This document shows, piece by piece, positions 62,560 to 64,000 of a DNA stretch of 64,000 bases (the first letter of the stretch is position 1; every line of letters begins with the position of its first letter). The notes beneath the pieces were generated by a model. The model did no database searches, had not been told where the DNA came from, and saw nothing but the letters and a program-made list of their open reading frames with translations. Location: the NCBI GenBank assembly GCA_051252375.1, contig JBPOFY010000002.1, positions 352,001-416,000 of the forward strand. Direction: 5' to 3'. This DNA comes from Opitutaceae bacterium. GTDB lineage: Bacteria; Verrucomicrobiota; Verrucomicrobiia; Opitutales; Coraliomargaritaceae. The position numbers and the translations under genes are program-made.

Positions 62560-63288
62560 TTAGACTTTTGAACCAAACGCTTCGGTAAATTCAGCTCGTA
62601 GGCTCACCAGCAAGTCCACCGCGCCGGGTGAGTCCGCATGCACACAAAGCGTATCTGCCTTGAGGGGGATACTCGCTCCACCAATCGCCGGCATCCAGTC
62701 AGTGGACAACCACTCCCGCACACGCTCAACCGCGTCGACCGCGTCCAAGATCGCCCCAGGTTCACCGCGTGGCACCAGTCCGCCGTTGTCGAGATAACCA
62801 CGATCAGCAAATGCCTCCGCCCACACTTGAACCCCCTGCGCTGCCGCTTCGCGTGCACAAAGACCACCCGCCAAAGCGAAAACCCCCAACGCCGGCCGGT
62901 CTAGCATGAACTGTAAAAAGACCGCACGTAGAGCCGCGTTCACTTCGACCGCATGATATAACGACCCGTGTAGCTTAACATAGCGCACCTCTCCGCCCAC
63001 AGTGACCGCCGCCTCGCAAAATCCATCCACCTGCGCAGTCAACAAAGCCTCAAATTCCGTTGAACTAGGCAAGTCCCCACCCCGTCCACTGGATCCAGCC
63101 AGCCCGGGATGCGCGCCAATCATCACGCCAGCTTCGCTCGCTAATTGAATCGTCGAAGTCGTTTTGGCCAAACTGCCGGCATGCACACCACAACAGATAT
63201 TCGCCGCACCGACTTGAGCCATTAGACCAGCCGTCTGCTCCGGCGATTCATTTTCGCCCAGATCACAATTGAGTATCAGTCGCGCCAT
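62560..63288 (-). CDS. pxpA: 5-oxoprolinase subunit A (LamB/YcsF)
   Basis: LNCDLGE, ANICCGVHAG, IGAHP, YVKLHGSLY, EAFADRGY, TLCVHAD. Confidence 0.92.
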   Translation of the reverse strand: MARLILNCDLGENESPEQTAGLMAQVGAANICCGVHAGSLAKTTSTIQLASEAGVMIGAHPGLAGSSGRGGDLPSSTEFEALLTAQVDGFCEAAVTVGGEVRYVKLHGSLYHAVEVNAALRAVFLQFMLDRPALGVFALAGGLCAREAAAQGVQVWAEAFADRGYLDNGGLVPRGEPGAILDAVDAVERVREWLSTDWMPAIGGASIPLKADTLCVHADSPGAVDLLVSLRAEFTEAFGSKV

Positions 63289-64000
63289 TGGAAAGAAATC
63301 TGCGTGCCCGGAGCGCATTGCGCAAGTCTATCGATATCTGCATCCCGCAACACAGCCAGCTTCGCATAGCCGCCCACCGTCGGGCCATCCACCATGGTGA
63401 CAATCGGCTGACCATTGCCCGGAACCTGAAAACTCCCGGGCAGCACTGGCTCACTGGGAATCGAGGTTGGCACCTCTAGAACAGGGCCTTCCAAACGAAA
63501 ACCGGTGCGATCCGATCGCGCCGACACCCGCCAAGACGATGCGACCAAGGTCTCGCGAGCCGACTCCGAGAACAATGCATACTGCGGGCCTCTTAATAGC
63601 TCAAAACTCACTTCGCGGTCAAAACCCCTTCGATCCTCTTTCAATAGACGCCGCAACGAGACCCCCTCGGTCGACACCTGCGGGGCGGATTCCACCGCCG
63701 AAAGCTGCATCCCTTTCTGTAAAACGCAGCCCAATCCATTCCGCGCATCCACCGAGGCACTGCCAAACCAGTGATCCGCAACCACGCCTCCCGGCACCGC
63801 CAAATAGGCAAACAGACCTGATCGTGCCTGCGGAAAGGTCAAAACCTCGCCCGCGGACACCCGCAGCGCCGTCCATGGCTCGATCCCGCATCCGAGATCC
63901 GCACCAGCCAGCGCCAACCAAGTATCCGCCAACACCTTCAACTTCGCCCCCTGCAGCATGATCTCCAGCGCTGGAGCCGCTTCCCGATTGCCCAACAAAC
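63276..64000 (-). CDS. pxpC: 5-oxoprolinase subunit C (allophanate hydrolase subunit 2-like), 5'-truncated by window end
   Basis: LGN...ALE, YLAVPGG, SDRTGFRL, GSFQVP..GQPIV...DGPTVGGY. Confidence 0.9.
   Translation of the reverse strand, partial: LLGNREAAPALEIMLQGAKLKVLADTWLALAGADLGCGIEPWTALRVSAGEVLTFPQARSGLFAYLAVPGGVVADHWFGSASVDARNGLGCVLQKGMQLSAVESAPQVSTEGVSLRRLLKEDRRGFDREVSFELLRGPQYALFSESARETLVASSWRVSARSDRTGFRLEGPVLEVPTSIPSEPVLPGSFQVPGNGQPIVTMVDGPTVGGYAKLAVLRDADIDRLAQCAPGTQISFQWRD

Overview
Bacterial chromosomal window. Gene content and style (lpxC-fabZ fusion, DUF1080/Gfo-Idh-MocA pair, SHD1 proteins, PilX-type pilins, secreted proteins with a shared C-terminal domain) suggest a Verrucomicrobiota member, probably Opitutae (inference). 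1-26 kb is accessory: two MAM-domain M12-type metallopeptidases, an ethylene-receptor-like hybrid kinase, a degenerate sigma54-type regulator, a GH128-like glycosidase, a minor-pilin cluster and exported MsrB. 26.5-28.2 kb holds SRP RNA and dnaX, whose C-terminal extension lies in the -1 frame behind an A10G run. 29.6-39.3 kb is an unusual anaerobic-respiration locus: napD-napA, a tandem-duplicated tetrahaem napB and a ferredoxin, with no napC or napH. It is transcribed divergently from a tetrahaem cytochrome c / NrfC-like / NrfD-like / Rrf2 / porin unit that could be its quinol-oxidising module. The rest is mostly core genes (exbBD, leuCD, typA, tRNA-Leu, feoAB, nifJ, pilD, aroE, lpxA, lpxC-fabZ, pxpAC). 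These are interspersed with a RAYT transposase, two REP families, an inverted-repeat-bounded GxxExxY cassette and heptamer-periodic hairpins. All calls come from motif recognition only; no searches were run.
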